A DNA stretch of 53,438 nt, filler included, from Jimgerdemannia flammicorona (taxonomy: Eukaryota): assembly GCA_003990765.1 (NCBI GenBank). It is 3 parts of 3 records of this genome, joined end to end, with 100 filler letters (N's around TTAATTAATTAA, not from the genome) between each part and the next. Parts side by side here need not be neighbours in the genome. Positions count along the whole stretch, not along the records: positions 17,848 to 35,594 come from RBNJ01002426.1; 2 more parts are not named here. The stretch is one strand, 5' to 3'. Under the pieces are notes generated by a model. The model ran no database searches. It was not told the origin of the DNA and saw only the letters and a program-made list of their open reading frames with translations. Positions 23,721 to 35,594 of this stretch are shown here, piece by piece. Positions within the stretch are counted from its first letter, which is position 1. Every line of letters starts with the position of its first letter. A program made the translations under genes and the position numbers.

Positions 23721-25729
23721 TATTCTGGTGGTCAGGTTGTTGAGATGGTGCAGAGTGGTAACAGTTGCTCATATTGCTGTTCGGGGTTTTCAGTTGGGGC
23801 AGGCACTGGCCATGTGTCCTGTCTTTCGGCAATAGAAGCATGCTCTACTTCTTCAAAGTTCATTCCTTTCGCCTTCAGTAAGTTTCTTGAAGGTACTGGG
23901 CTGGGTGGGTTCAGGATTTCTGGGTGTCCAAGAGGTGGATGTGGAGAGAGCTTGGGATGCTTCATGCTTGGGTTCTTCTTTCTTGGTCCAAGTCTTTTCC
24001 TTATTGTTAAATTATCTTCGGGGCAGAATTGGTCCTGCTGTTAGGATTCGCTTGACCATGGTCTTGATTCTTGCCAGACACCATTGTTGGTGATCACAAC
24101 CAACTGGGCAGCCTTGTTCTTGGATTTTCCTAGTAAGCCATTCAGGCAGGGCATCGAATAAATGGTCTGCTCTTGTACCATTTCATGCTTCATCATTGGC
24201 AATGTATCCTAGGCCAACAGTGTTCAGGAGTGACTCGAGTTTTGTACAGAAGGTTTCGAATTCTTCTTTGCCATGTATATCAAATTTTTGGTTGCGCAGT
24301 TTTACTCGAGATTTGGCAATCATGGTTTTGCTGCAGTATTGAGCAATCATGAGTTGTTTGAGTCCAGGGGCTGCAGGATGGGCTCCATATCCTGGGGTAT
24401 TGTTTGCTGCATTCTGAGCAACTACTGCAGATCAGGTATCCCATGTGAGGGGTTTTTCAGGAAGGGTTTGCCACCATTCTTTGGCAGGTCCTCGGAAGAA
24501 TGTAACAACTCGACAGACATAGGCTGTAGTTGTAGCAAAGAGTTGTTCCAGAGTGTGGTCTTGATTGTTTATCAGAACACGATCAGCAACTCGCTCATTG
24601 GTCCATTGATTGGCTTTGAAGTTGGTGTCAACTACACTAATGAAACTTTGGACTTCTTGTGCAGTACCATTGAAGGTAGGTAGGCTCAGATTTTTGGTAG
24701 GTCGAGTCTGTTCAGCTAAGGCAGTAATAGTTGCTACCATTATGACTACCTGGGCTGTAAGGTCTAGAATCTGTTGGTTTGCCATGTTGTTTACTGGAGG
24801 TAGTTGGACTACTGGTAGTAGTGTTACAGGTACTACTTGAGATACTGGTGCAGAGTGTGATGGGGTTCTTTGGGTCTGTGTAAGTTGCTGGAGTAGTAGT
24901 TGTAGATCTGAAGTGAGGGCTTGATATGTAGATAACTGTTTGTTGCTGTGTAGGTGTATTCTGTCCTGATGGAGGTACTTCTCCTTCAGTGGTATATCTG
25001 GAATCAAATTCACTAAGATACTCCTCCTCTTCTTCGGTTTGGTCCCCATATAATTGGGTTTGCTCGGCATCAAAGTAGACAGAATCAGTTATATATCTGA
25101 TTTCAGATGGACTTAACTCAAAGTCAAGTTCAGGTTTGGTATTGGTTTCAGATTCAGGTAGGGCTGTGGCAGGGCCTGCTTCAGGTTTGGGGTCAGGTAG
25201 TTGATGAAGGGTTTCTCTTGCTTCTTCTTTAAGGATATGGCAGGCCTTGCTGTTCTGGAATTGGTAGTATAAGGTGGTCTTGGTCCTGGTGCGGTGAAAG
25301 TCAGTAGAGTTGAGCTACTTGGCTACAGAGGCTTGGGCTTCATGAGGAACTAAGGACTGCTGCTGGTTGTCCTAGGTCACTCAGATTTGTGGAGCTGACA
25401 AAACTCTTATTGAGAAGAGTAAAGAAGGCTTCAATAAGACCTTCTTCATCTTAACTTTCTGGGTGTAGTGCAAGGAGTTCAGTGAATAGGGTTTCACCTA
25501 TTTGCTGGTTTAACCGGAGTACTTTTTTTTTTGAATGAAGTTTATCCCACTTGTTGCAGGTGTGGAGGTCAAATTGTTCTTGTACATCAGGTTCAATTCT
25601 CTCCAGATTGTCAGATAGTTCAGGATAAATTCCAGTTCAGAGGTTGGGCTTTATACCAACTTGTAGGAATTCTCAGAAGGGTTTATAGTGGGGTGAGGAA
25701 GCATCTTGAAGCGGAATTGGATATTAAAC

Positions 25730-25740
25730 CGCTGCTACCA
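25730..25740 (-). other. Primer binding site, initiator tRNA-Met type
   Basis: TGGTAGCAGCG lies 3 nt after the LTR end and is complementary to a tRNA 3' end CGCUGCUACCA. Confidence 0.75.
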
Positions 25741-25743
25741 AGT

Positions 25744-27805
25744 TGTAAGAGGGTTGCTTTTTAGGGTAACCGTTACATAGTTCTGGAAAGGTTTTCAGGA
25801 TATTCTGGATGTTCTGAAAGACCGTTTTCTTATGGTCAAGATCAATTTCGTATGGAGTACATCCTCTACGCTTATTGATTTCTGGATCAGATTGACATCT
25901 CAACCAAAGTCCTTTTTTGGACTAGTTCTAGATATTCAGGATTTTTCATATTTCAGGAAGTTCAAGAAACTAAGACCAGCTTAGTTGAATTGGCATATCG
26001 CTGCAGACAATACCCAATTAGGAAATTTCGTGACAGGGTTAGGAGTGGGATCTAACAGAGAGCGGATTTACTTTAGAGTGGTTTGAGAGTTATTAAATAG
26101 GTTTAATTGCTATTCATGATATTGCTATACTAGGAGTAGTTGTATAAAGGGATATTGTGGGGGAGTATTCAGGAATGTTCTTGTATGTTCGAGTCTAGGA
26201 TTCTGAGGTCTGGGGGAGGGGGTATTTATACTAGTGAGGGACTATCTGGACTATGCTAGATATGGATGTAGCACTAAGTGCTTTGCTGAGTCGGAATGCA
26301 GTCACGTAGTACAAGTGTGATCTGACATGTCAAGAGATCATCTGACTGCTGAGTCAGTTCACAGTCACATCGTACAAGGCTAATCTAACTATACTATGAC
26401 TGCTAGGCTATTTATGGATTTAGGTGCTGTCTGGATAGTCTTTGATAACATCACTATCAATTGTATCATCTCTGATGAAGTAGTTGTCTAGGAATAATGG
26501 TTTGCGGATTACTTCTCCTTATTCGCTGAGGTAATAGTATATTGGAACTTCATCTCCATCCCACAAGATGGCATCATCAGTCTCATATGCTGGATAAGGT
26601 GTTGGTGGGTGAAGGAGGGGTGCATCATTTTCACTTTCGTCAAATTCACTGTCTGCATATCTTCTATAGGTTACAGCACTGTGAGTTGCAGGGTTATAGT
26701 ATGCTGGCAGCTGTGGTTCATGTCACTCGTACTCTGGTGGTGGAGTGGTTGGTTCAATCTCAAGGGTTGTCTGGAGGTACAGGTTGTATTCTCCGGTCTC
26801 TTCATTGTAGTTGAAGTAATTAGGGGTGAATGCAGGTTGGTATTCGTGCCAGTGGTCATTGTCCCAATAAGTCTCATATGCAGTTATGAACTGTTGTAAG
26901 TTCATTGGCAAGATTGGTGGTGTGACCAGGGTCGGCAGAGATCCTTGGCTAGAGGTCATGTCAGTGTCAGAGGGATCATTGTCTTCTGCTTCATCTTCAT
27001 CGAAGTGGATTATATCATAGATGTCCTTCATGGCATATTCAACTTGGGGCATTTGCAGGATGTGATCATTGGGGTGGGGAAAGGTTCTGTCTGTGGTTTC
27101 GATGTACTCGAGGTACTTCTGGTTGAGTTCTTGTATCATGTCATCGATTTGGCCATAGGACAGGGTAGCAACCATTTCACTGGTAGTAACTTGGAGGTGA
27201 GGAATAATGGTGCTATACTCATAGAAGAGTTCTCGATGTTTGCAGGCAATGAGCTTCTGGTGTTGAGACATCTGAGTAATGTCTGTATCATAGTGGTGTT
27301 CGACCATGTCTTCCAGGAGGCAGCTGATCTGATAGTAGCTTGAGATTTGTCCGATTTGGTGGACCTTGCTAAGCATGTTCAGAGCATTCCATCAGGCTTC
27401 CATGAAGTAGAGGGATGCTAGGCTATGGATATTCATGAGGGGTAGAGGGGGTGTGGCTCGGTTGACAATGGCATTCCAAATGTCAGCACAGATATAGTTG
27501 TAGATCTCGGTGGTCATATTTGTGTGTTTGGAAGTTGTGGTTGTTGTTTGTTTTGGTTCTCTGATTCGACGCATCTCGGTGCTCGGTATATATGCATTTG
27601 GTCCTGATTGGTAAGATTCTGTTTGTGTAAACCTTGTGTTCTCTGACTTCATATTGACTTAGCTTTGTATGCTGTGACTTCGGTTTGACTCAGCTTCGTG
27701 ATCAAGCAGGTGATTTCCAGGTTTGTTCAGAGGTCACATGTGATTTCAGTGGCTTGTTCAGAGGGTGATGTGTAATTTCGGTGGCTTGGAGGTTGTGCGC
27801 TTACA
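25744..27805 (-). repeat. GypA 5' LTR of copy 4 (2062 bp)
   Basis: TGTAAG...CTTACA termini, followed by the PBS. Confidence 0.95.
26420..27652 (-). pseudogene. U3-encoded ORF, copy in the 5' LTR of copy 4
   Basis: 1233 nt in one frame. The central 217 aa are open (26723-27376). Confidence 0.8.
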
Positions 27806-30464
27806 GCTGCCCTCCCCAGATCCATGATCTCACCATCTTCAACAGCCCCTTGACCACCCAGGTTGGGAAATCCAAATGATATCCCACATACCACAACTTC
27901 AGCATCCAATACACATTCAGCACCATTACCCTTCCAGCTATTGACATATGCTGACCTCCCCATTGCAGCAGAACATTTCCCCACTCCAGAAGTTTTTGGT
28001 CCCACCATGCCTGGGGAAGAAGAGATCCAAATACTGCGAAGTAGATCTCCAAATAATGCACTGGTTCCCTAGCCAGCACCACCATCCCAATGACATCACT
28101 ACTAACAATTCCAGCACCCAGCACCAGAGTCTTGCATTTGTGCCAGTTTAGTTTAGCACCAGAACCCCTCTCATACCATTCCACAGACCTCCATAACTCC
28201 CCCACATCCACCAAGGAGCCCAGCCCGACCACCATATCATCAGCAAAGGCCCCCACCTACCAATTAATCCCAAAAATGTCCAAACCCACCAATCGGACAC
28301 TGAATTCTGTCCAGTAGGGGCTCCAGGGAAAGGGCATACAATATGGGCAACAAGGGGTCCCCTTGCGGTACCCCACATCCCAGGGGAAAGGTCACCTCCC
28401 TGTGGCCATTGATGACCAATGCTGCCTGACTGTCCTCCAAGAGGCTGATCAATGATTCTCAGAACTCTGGGGGGATACCAATCTGTCTCAGCACTCCCTC
28501 CAGCCATATCCTCCATACTCTATCATACCAGAAGAAGTATTATAACCATAAGACTGACTCTGAACCTCTATAACTAGTTTAGTATACTGTACTATTATAA
28601 AAGAAAACCAAAAGTACCAAACTCAAACCAAGACAAGTAAGTCTTCTCTTGGTCCAGAAACACCAATCTGCCATCCACCCCTATCGCCCGGGCCCCTTCA
28701 ATCACTCCATGTATCCAAGCTGTCCCATCTTGAATCAACTGATCATCGACAAACCCACACTACTTTACACCAAGCACCTGCTGAGCAATTCCTTACAGTC
28801 TCATCACCAAGATCTTCATCACCAGTTTTCGGTCCATGTCGAGAAGCATGATTGGCCACCAGTTCTTCCAGTCCTCTTGCCTTCCCTTATTCTTGTAGAG
28901 CAAGGAGACAAGCCCTAAGTGCTGTCCCCCAATCCAAGCATCAGACCAAAGAACTCCATCACATATAGCAGTCATTTCCTCTAGCACCTCGCCCACCCCA
29001 GCCATCTTCTGCCAAAAATCCTAGGGAAGTCCATCCTCTCCCAGAGCTGTCCCCTTACTCGTCGAGACCATAACCCTGCGAATTTCCTTGCCATTCACTG
29101 GGTCCCCCAATGCCCCAAGACCCATCGCAGAGTCTGGATACCAATCCTCCAGCTGCCTTTCAACATCCAGAGCATCCATTCCTCCTTCCTTCTCACTCCA
29201 TAGATTCCCCCATCTGGCTCTCAATAGGTCCAGAATAGCTGGAGTCCATACCACCAGCTTGCCATTCGCATCCAGAACTCCCTCCCACCACTGCCTCGTT
29301 TGTCATGTCTGTAACAACTATGACAAAAACCTAGTAGGCCTCTCCCCCTCCTCAAGTCTCTGCCACCACAGTCGGGCCACCATTCCCTGTAACTTCACCT
29401 CCTCCTCCCTTTGTAAAACTCCTTTAAGCTCCTCTACCTCCTGCCAGATTCTCACAATATGTCAATCAGTCATGTCCCCATCTTCCAGCACACCTGCCCA
29501 TCTCTGAGTGCTGCCAGATGCTGCGAGGCTCACAGCACCCTCTACCTTCACTGGGCACACTTTCCTTTCCCAGCTTCCCTCTAATATCCCTGAGCATTTG
29601 CCTTCAGCCTTCTCCAGTGGTCTCCAATCTCAAGGCCTTATTCCTGCCACCTATCGATATTTCCAACCACCTCCATTTCCCAATTCTCCCACAACCCCCT
29701 ATCTACCAACAAGGAAGAATTTAGCTACCAATGTCCAGGCCCATCCTCATTACCCCCAAACCTCCAACCTCCAAGCAGCCCCCAGTGATCCGACCACTGA
29801 CACCAAATGACTTCCAGCACCGACCAGACATCTGCTCCCCAACACTCCACTGTCAAAACCCAGTCAATCCTAGAGCCCAGCCCTGCTGCCCAGTGGGTGT
29901 ACACCCACTGATCGGCCCAAAAATATCTTTCCGAGTCCACTAAAGAACTCAACCTCTCTGTCTCCAACCAGTCACCCAACCCACCACTTTTGCCCCACAC
30001 ACCTCTCCCTCCATCTGTTCTATCCATCTCCTTATCCCATACCATGTTGAAGTCACCCCCCATATAGTCCAGTCCAACTTCTCCCAATACACTAGCCTTG
30101 TTCAATCTGCGAATCCAATCCACCCTCTCCCCTCTCTCAACTGGACAGTAGCAAGACCCAACTGTCAATGAGCCCCATCCAGGTCTCTTCCACACACCCC
30201 ACACCACCTGAGACCCCCAATGTCCAATGTCCTCAATGTCCCCCATCCCTTTCTGAACGAGAATACACACTCTCCCCCTCCATACTGCTGCACCCCCCCA
30301 TTCCTTAGTCCAATCCTGTAAGTCCACATCTGCCTCTAACAAACATCCTGTAATAAGAAGAGGTCCACATCCAGTCCCTTAAACCATCCAAATATATACT
30401 TCCTCCTAGCTGCCCCCCGTAACCCATTAACGTTCAATAAGAATATCCTAGTTGTACTGTTCAT
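27806..30464 (-). pseudogene. LINE ORF2 (APE endonuclease and reverse transcriptase)
   Basis: NVNGL, LLQD, GGDFN, SRIDW, SDHW, GEDGL, NWWPIMLL, FLDQEK..YDRV, GVPQGDPL and AFADD motifs; frameshifted. Confidence 0.9.
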
Positions 30465-30495
30465 ATTGAAAAAATATTGCAATAGGGACCCCATC

Positions 30496-32454
30496 CTAGA
30501 ATTCCATGCTCATCTCATTCCCAGCCAGATCCAAATGCTGTTCAGCTTCCAAGTCATCCTCTGCATTAGCCTGAGCATCCAGTGCCTCTAAGATTTCCTG
30601 ACATTCTACCCCATCCACTACCTCCAATCTGACCAATAATCCAAGCAGACTGCGCACCACTTCTCTAGTCCCTTCCTCGAGTTCCACAAGAATAGTATTC
30701 TGTCACTCACAATCCTTCTAAGTTCCTCCTCCCTCTGATCATTGACTTGATATTCAACCGACTCCAAGAGAACAGCTAGGATCTCATTCCTCACCTTTCT
30801 CAGCACCTCCTCTCCCCATAAGATCTCCTCCCAATGCCTTTCTTCCATCACCCTGAAATTCTCACCCCCCAGCTCTTCAGCTGCTACCCTTTCCAGGGTC
30901 TTCCACATCCACTTCTCCTCATCTACCACCTTTGCTGTACCCTGAGCGATTTGTCCCCTGTCCACCTCAGGGTCCACCAGCATGCTCCTCTGCACTGACT
31001 CATTCCACTCCTCATCCAGCACATCTAGCAGCTCCTCCTCTCCCTCAGCTCTTTTTTTTTATTTTTTTTTTTTTTATAGTACCTCTCCCTCAGCTCCACC
31101 TGGGACACTATACTGGGGGTGCACACCTTCGCCCATATCTGCATCTGCCTCCATACTGCCTACCCTCTCCACCTCCACTCCCAGCTGAGCCCCACTCTGG
31201 GCCCTATCACACCCCTCAGCCCAGGCACTTTCCTGCAATCCTGCCCCCCTCTCCCCTGAGCTTCCACTGGCCCTACCCCCACCCAACCTCGCCAGCAGTT
31301 TCTTCTGGATTTTCCACCCCTGCAACTTCTCCCAGGCCCTCTTCTCTATTCGAACCCTCTTCCCATCCACCTCCCCCACCACTATCCTGGCCTCAAACTC
31401 CTTCCATGCCAATCTCCTCCTTGCGACTGCCCCTTCCAGATCCTCCAGAGCCTCCAACAGGTCTTCCTCCTCCTCCTGGGTCCCCTTCACCCTCGTGACC
31501 TTGTACTCCACTGGTCCCCACCTCAGCATCGCTGGCCAGTCCCTTGACTTCCCTGTACTCTCCCTCTCAGCCAGCCTCACCCTGACATTGACATCACCAG
31601 TCCGAAGCTCTGAACCCTCCCAGACCTTGAACCCAATATCCACAATCTCTCCATACTCCCTGATTGCCTCCACAACCAACTCCCTGGTCCTCTCCTTCAA
31701 CACTGTAGGGAGATCCAGCACTGTCAACTGCACCACTCAGGGGTCCCAGCACATGTATCTGGCCATAGGGACAACAACTCCACCAACCATCACCCTCTCT
31801 TCAAGGCTGCCAGCAAGGCATCTTCTTCCTCGAACCCCACCTCGACCCCTTCCTTTCCCTTCAAAAGCTTCACCAAAACTGCTCCCTTTGCCTCCTACAC
31901 CACCAGCCCCAAAATCATCCTTGCCATCACTGCTAAGCCCCGGAAACACATCATGACTGTGAATTCTGACCTCAACTTCTTAAGTAATGGGGCCGACACC
32001 ATGCCCATAACCCCATCTGCCAGGTCCCCAGGCCTCATGCCCACTTCCCATCCTGAATTATCAACTGCCATCACATTTGGATTTTTTGCCAGATCCCCAG
32101 TTACAGCTCCATCACCAGTCACATCTCCAGCCCCTACTCCTGCCCCTCCCCCCCCTCAGCAACTCCCCTGTGTACACCTCCCAGTCCCCCAGCAGCAGCT
32201 GTCGATGCCTTTCCCAGGCCCAGCCAACCATCTAGACCTGAGGCTATCTTCTCTATTCTGACCTTGTCAGCAAAGGTCAACCTCTCCCCTTTTCTCTGCC
32301 TCAGACCGCCCCTCCCTCCACCACTAGGACCTTGGCTAGCCATTGAGGCCCCCAGCATCCCCAAACCATCTCCCCTCCTTCCCACCTGCTGCCAGCCAAA
32401 GGCGCCGTCTCCCCCCTGGCCAGTACACTCACCAGTTCGATCATTGCCATCCAT
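30496..32454 (-). pseudogene. LINE ORF1 (RRM-like core and acidic coiled-coil-like C-terminus)
   Basis: LTFADKV...LPTVLKERTRELVVEAIREYGEIVDIGFKVWEG; homologous to 35726-36940. Confidence 0.7.
31052..31081 (-). mobile_element. Minimal poly(A) retro-insertion with a 15-bp TSD
   Basis: CCTCTCCCTCAGCTC at 31037-31051 and 31082-31096 flanks TACTAT plus poly(A) on the minus strand. Confidence 0.85.
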
Positions 32455-32769
32455 GTCAATAGTCGTCGGACACCAAAAACATAGTAAAAAGTGTTGTTGA
32501 AGTCTTGTGTCACCCAAATAGTACTGGTGAAAGATGTTGGATTGCCTTGTCTGTGGCTTACATAAATAATGTTCTGTCATGATTCTGAGGTAATCTGCAA
32601 TAGTACATATATTTTAATATATAAGATAGTGAGCCTCGCATTTATGAACATATAAAATGATTAATATACACACCAGCCTTTCATTAATTTTATTCTAAAG
32701 GCTTAACCCTGAATTCATAATACAGGTCATTCAGCATTCCTTCATCTCTAAGTATTTTCTTGACCACCA

Positions 32770-33130
32770 TCACTATCTATATAGAGATATTGGAGAACAA
32801 CAGGTGAAAATTCTCATTGATATAGGAGCAGCTATGTGTATCATTACTATGAAATTCCTGGATACACTTCAAAGGCCTATTTATAAACCATCTAGCCTTA
32901 GTATATATCATAATACCAGATAGTACCTAAACTCAACCTCTGAAAGAAGTATGAAACACTACAATCACTCTGAGACATATTCAGTTCTGTATACTTAATA
33001 AAGCTGTTAACAATAATATGATCCTTAATATAAACTGGATAAATAAAATAAATAAAATAAATAAGATTATTAATATTGACTAACAGATACTCAAATTTGA
33101 CTATAGAGAAAAGAAATACTAAATTAAAGT
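32770..33130 (+). pseudogene. Highly decayed Gypsy-type aspartic protease relic
   Basis: IGEQQVKILIDIGAAMCII (DTGA mutated to DIGA). Confidence 0.55.
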
Positions 33131-33399
33131 AACTAGCTTCAAATAAACCAAGAGAAAGAAGATTACTATTTAAGTGAAATATACTAGATATAAAAAATCT
33201 ACTACTGATAAAAAAGAAGAATCTGCAAATAACAATAACTTCAGACTATACTCATAAAATTATCTAATAGATAACAGATCAGAAGACAATATATAGGCTC
33301 AAGATATCATTCTCATTAAAATCAGTACTATTGCTATACAAATTAAGAGATATACTGAATATCTCAAAAGAAAAAAATATATATCAAAAAGACTATTAT

Positions 33400-34502
33400 A
33401 TATTTATTAAAAATATGGAGTAGAGAGAAGAGCAGTAGTATTATTTATTAATTGCTTATATTTTTATATATTGAGTGATATAGCTCAAGGATGATATGGT
33501 TCTATATAAGCTACATATAATTGAGATGTCAAATAATAAGAATTTCAATATTTCTACTTAATGAGATAATATATAATATAACTAGAAATATAAGAATATA
33601 ATAAAACTAAGTATTAACTATGAAATAACTATAAATATACTAAAAGAATACTATTTAGACATACTTAAAGTATAAGAAACTGTAGTGAAAATAAAGAATA
33701 TAAATAACTCTCAATAGTAGGAAAACTGAAATGTAGAAGAAGAAGAAAAAAAAATAAGAAAAACTAGTAAATAATAATATAATATAATGCTTGAAGAGAG
33801 ATAGAAAGATATAATGTATTTTTTTTCTGCTTCTTTTGTAATATAAAATATTTGGTAATTATCCATCACTAGTATATAGTTTCCTATAAGACTTATTGCT
33901 TTAGTACATTACTTAAACTTAGATTCTGAGAGAGCTTTAGTAAGTAAATCTACAATCTTATACTCTATAGAGATGTATTTTAAGTATATAGTTTTATTCT
34001 CTTTATATTTTCTTATATAATACTATTATATATCAGTATACTTTATTTACTATAATGAATAGAGTTCTTTACCATAGTATTTATAGACTAGTTATTCTGA
34101 TGAATAAGTACAGAGTGCTGTTTCTGATCAAAGCTAAGTTTCTTTAATAGCTAATATAGCTAAATAGCTTCTTTAATTCCTGTGGATAATACTTGATACT
34201 CTATTTATATAGATGATATTACTACTGAGCTTTACTTATATATTTGTCAAGTTATAACCTCTTTATTATTTAATTAAAAGAAGTATCCAATTATAGATTA
34301 GCAATTATCTAAGTCTTTAGCTTAATCAGTATTGTATATACTGAATAGTTATATACTATTCTCCTTATCATAATTGTTATTACTATTACTCCTACTCAAT
34401 CTGCTAAGAGTGTGTATATAGTATACTATTTCTTTAATATATCTAAAAATTCTCTTAATAGCACTCTAATGGAAATTATTATAATAGAAGTAATACTATA
34501 TC
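33400..34502 (-). mobile_element. Highly decayed Ty1/Copia relic (RT end, RNase H, possible PPT and 3' LTR)
   Basis: Translation matches Copia RNase H (D*AKDLDN..SIIGY..IEYQVLSTGIKEAI..IHQNN). A decayed PPT/LTR junction is possible near 33550. Confidence 0.65.
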
Positions 34503-35150
34503 TAGTACTTCCAAATGAATCAAATTAGAGTTGATTTAAATAGAATTAAATTGGAAATTTTTATATTAAATTGAATTTAAATTAAATTGAGAGTCTAATT
34601 TGAATTAGTTAAATTAAAATAAATATCAATTTGAGATTCTAGGTAGCTTACATCATGAGGTAATCAGTTCTTTATTTGAAAGATATATTACTGGAAATTT
34701 ACACATAAATATATAACTGAAATTTATATATATATAACTGAAATTTACACTTAATCAAAGTTCATATATAACTAATATATATTTTTGAAATTCTCATATA
34801 TATATAACTCTGATCCTGGTTCTGATTATCGCTATGTCTGGCTATAGTGATAGCTATCTAGTGAGTATTATTATATATATGCTCTCTTTTCTGTAAATAA
34901 TCAGAGACCAATGAAATAAGTTATTGATAGATTTTGAGAAAGATACAATATAGTTTTCTAAATCTTCTATAATTTTTACAGCTTATACAAATTGATCTTT
35001 AGTTTTTAGAGTATAGCTTAGGTAGTAGTAGTGGCTTAGACTTTGGCAGTAGCTTGGACTTGAGCAATAGCTTAGGCTTAGACAGTGACTTAGGCTTGAG
35101 TAGTAGCTTGGGCTTGAGTGGTAGCTTGGATATAGCCAGCAATATCTATA
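34503..35150. mobile_element. Second hAT-like terminus with subterminal repeats and a QAQATT-repeat gene remnant (minus strand)
   Basis: TAGTACTTCCAAATGAATC terminus, with the same layout as 11104-11940. Confidence 0.5.
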
Positions 35151-35159
35151 CCAACTTCA

Positions 35160-35594
35160 AAGATGAGTAAAATGACTCTTATACTTGGAACAGTAGTTAA
35201 AATTCCAACAAAGGTATTCTCAACACCTATACTAGTACCAGCACAGCCCAAGCATATATCAATAAGACTATTAGAGCCAAGAATTATAAAAATTATAAAT
35301 AAGGATAATGAAGAGAATACCTCTCTAAAGGGCAAAAAGAAGTACAGATCAAGACTGGATAGTGAAATTCAAGTAGATTTAGAAGATTATTGAGAACTAT
35401 CTAAGACATTCTGTTATAATAATAAACATCATATATATAAACTATATCTATAAGTATACTTATATAGTAATAACTAGTAAGTCTGCAAACTATAATAAAG
35501 TTGTTAATTTAGATAATAAGAAAGAGTGGAAAAAGGTTATAAATGAGGAGTTTAGTTCACTCATTGGGAAAAATACTTAGGATTTAGTCTCTTT
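35160..35594 (+). pseudogene. Copia pol relic (integrase-RT linker and RT start)
   Basis: KEWKKVINEEFSSLIGKNT*DLV matches the Copia W..AM.EE..SL..N.TW.LV motif. Confidence 0.65.

Larger units (their letters stand above)
19654..24785 (-). pseudogene. pol: Single-frame Gag-Pol polyprotein: Gag, CCHC knuckle, dUTPase, protease, RT, RNase H, integrase, chromodomain
   Basis: MANQQ gag start, CFYCRKTGHMASAC (23799-23840), IDSSAS, YIDDILVFS, TDASD, H-x6-H...CDAC, MDFIVQLP, GPFEV and YLVKWKGY. Stops are mostly TGA at Arg positions, plus a 1-nt deletion near 21895. Confidence 0.92.
17848..27805 (-). mobile_element. GypA copy 4, near full length (about 10.4 kb if complete), inserted into a LINE
   Basis: 5' LTR, PBS, polyprotein, PPT and partial 3' LTR occur in the expected order. 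Confidence 0.95.
27806..32490 (-). mobile_element. L1/Tx1-like LINE (ORF1 plus APE-RT ORF2), 3' part displaced by GypA copy 4
   Basis: G-rich coding strand with ORF1 followed by ORF2 carrying APE and RT motifs. Confidence 0.9.

Noticed and set aside
23732..23965. 77-aa ORF suggesting a separate gag end and a gag/pol frameshift
   Set aside because: It is the wrong frame. The CCHC knuckle is in the dUTPase/pol frame, masked by CGA>TGA stops.
12071..27805. Apparent tandem LTR-internal-LTR-internal-LTR array
   Set aside because: It spans an artificial linker. Copy 3 breaks off in protease, and the outer flanks (CAAAG / GCTGC) are not a TSD.
29088..32500. Many Pro/Ser-rich plus-strand ORFs
   Set aside because: They are antisense to the G-rich LINE strand and are stop-poor by composition.
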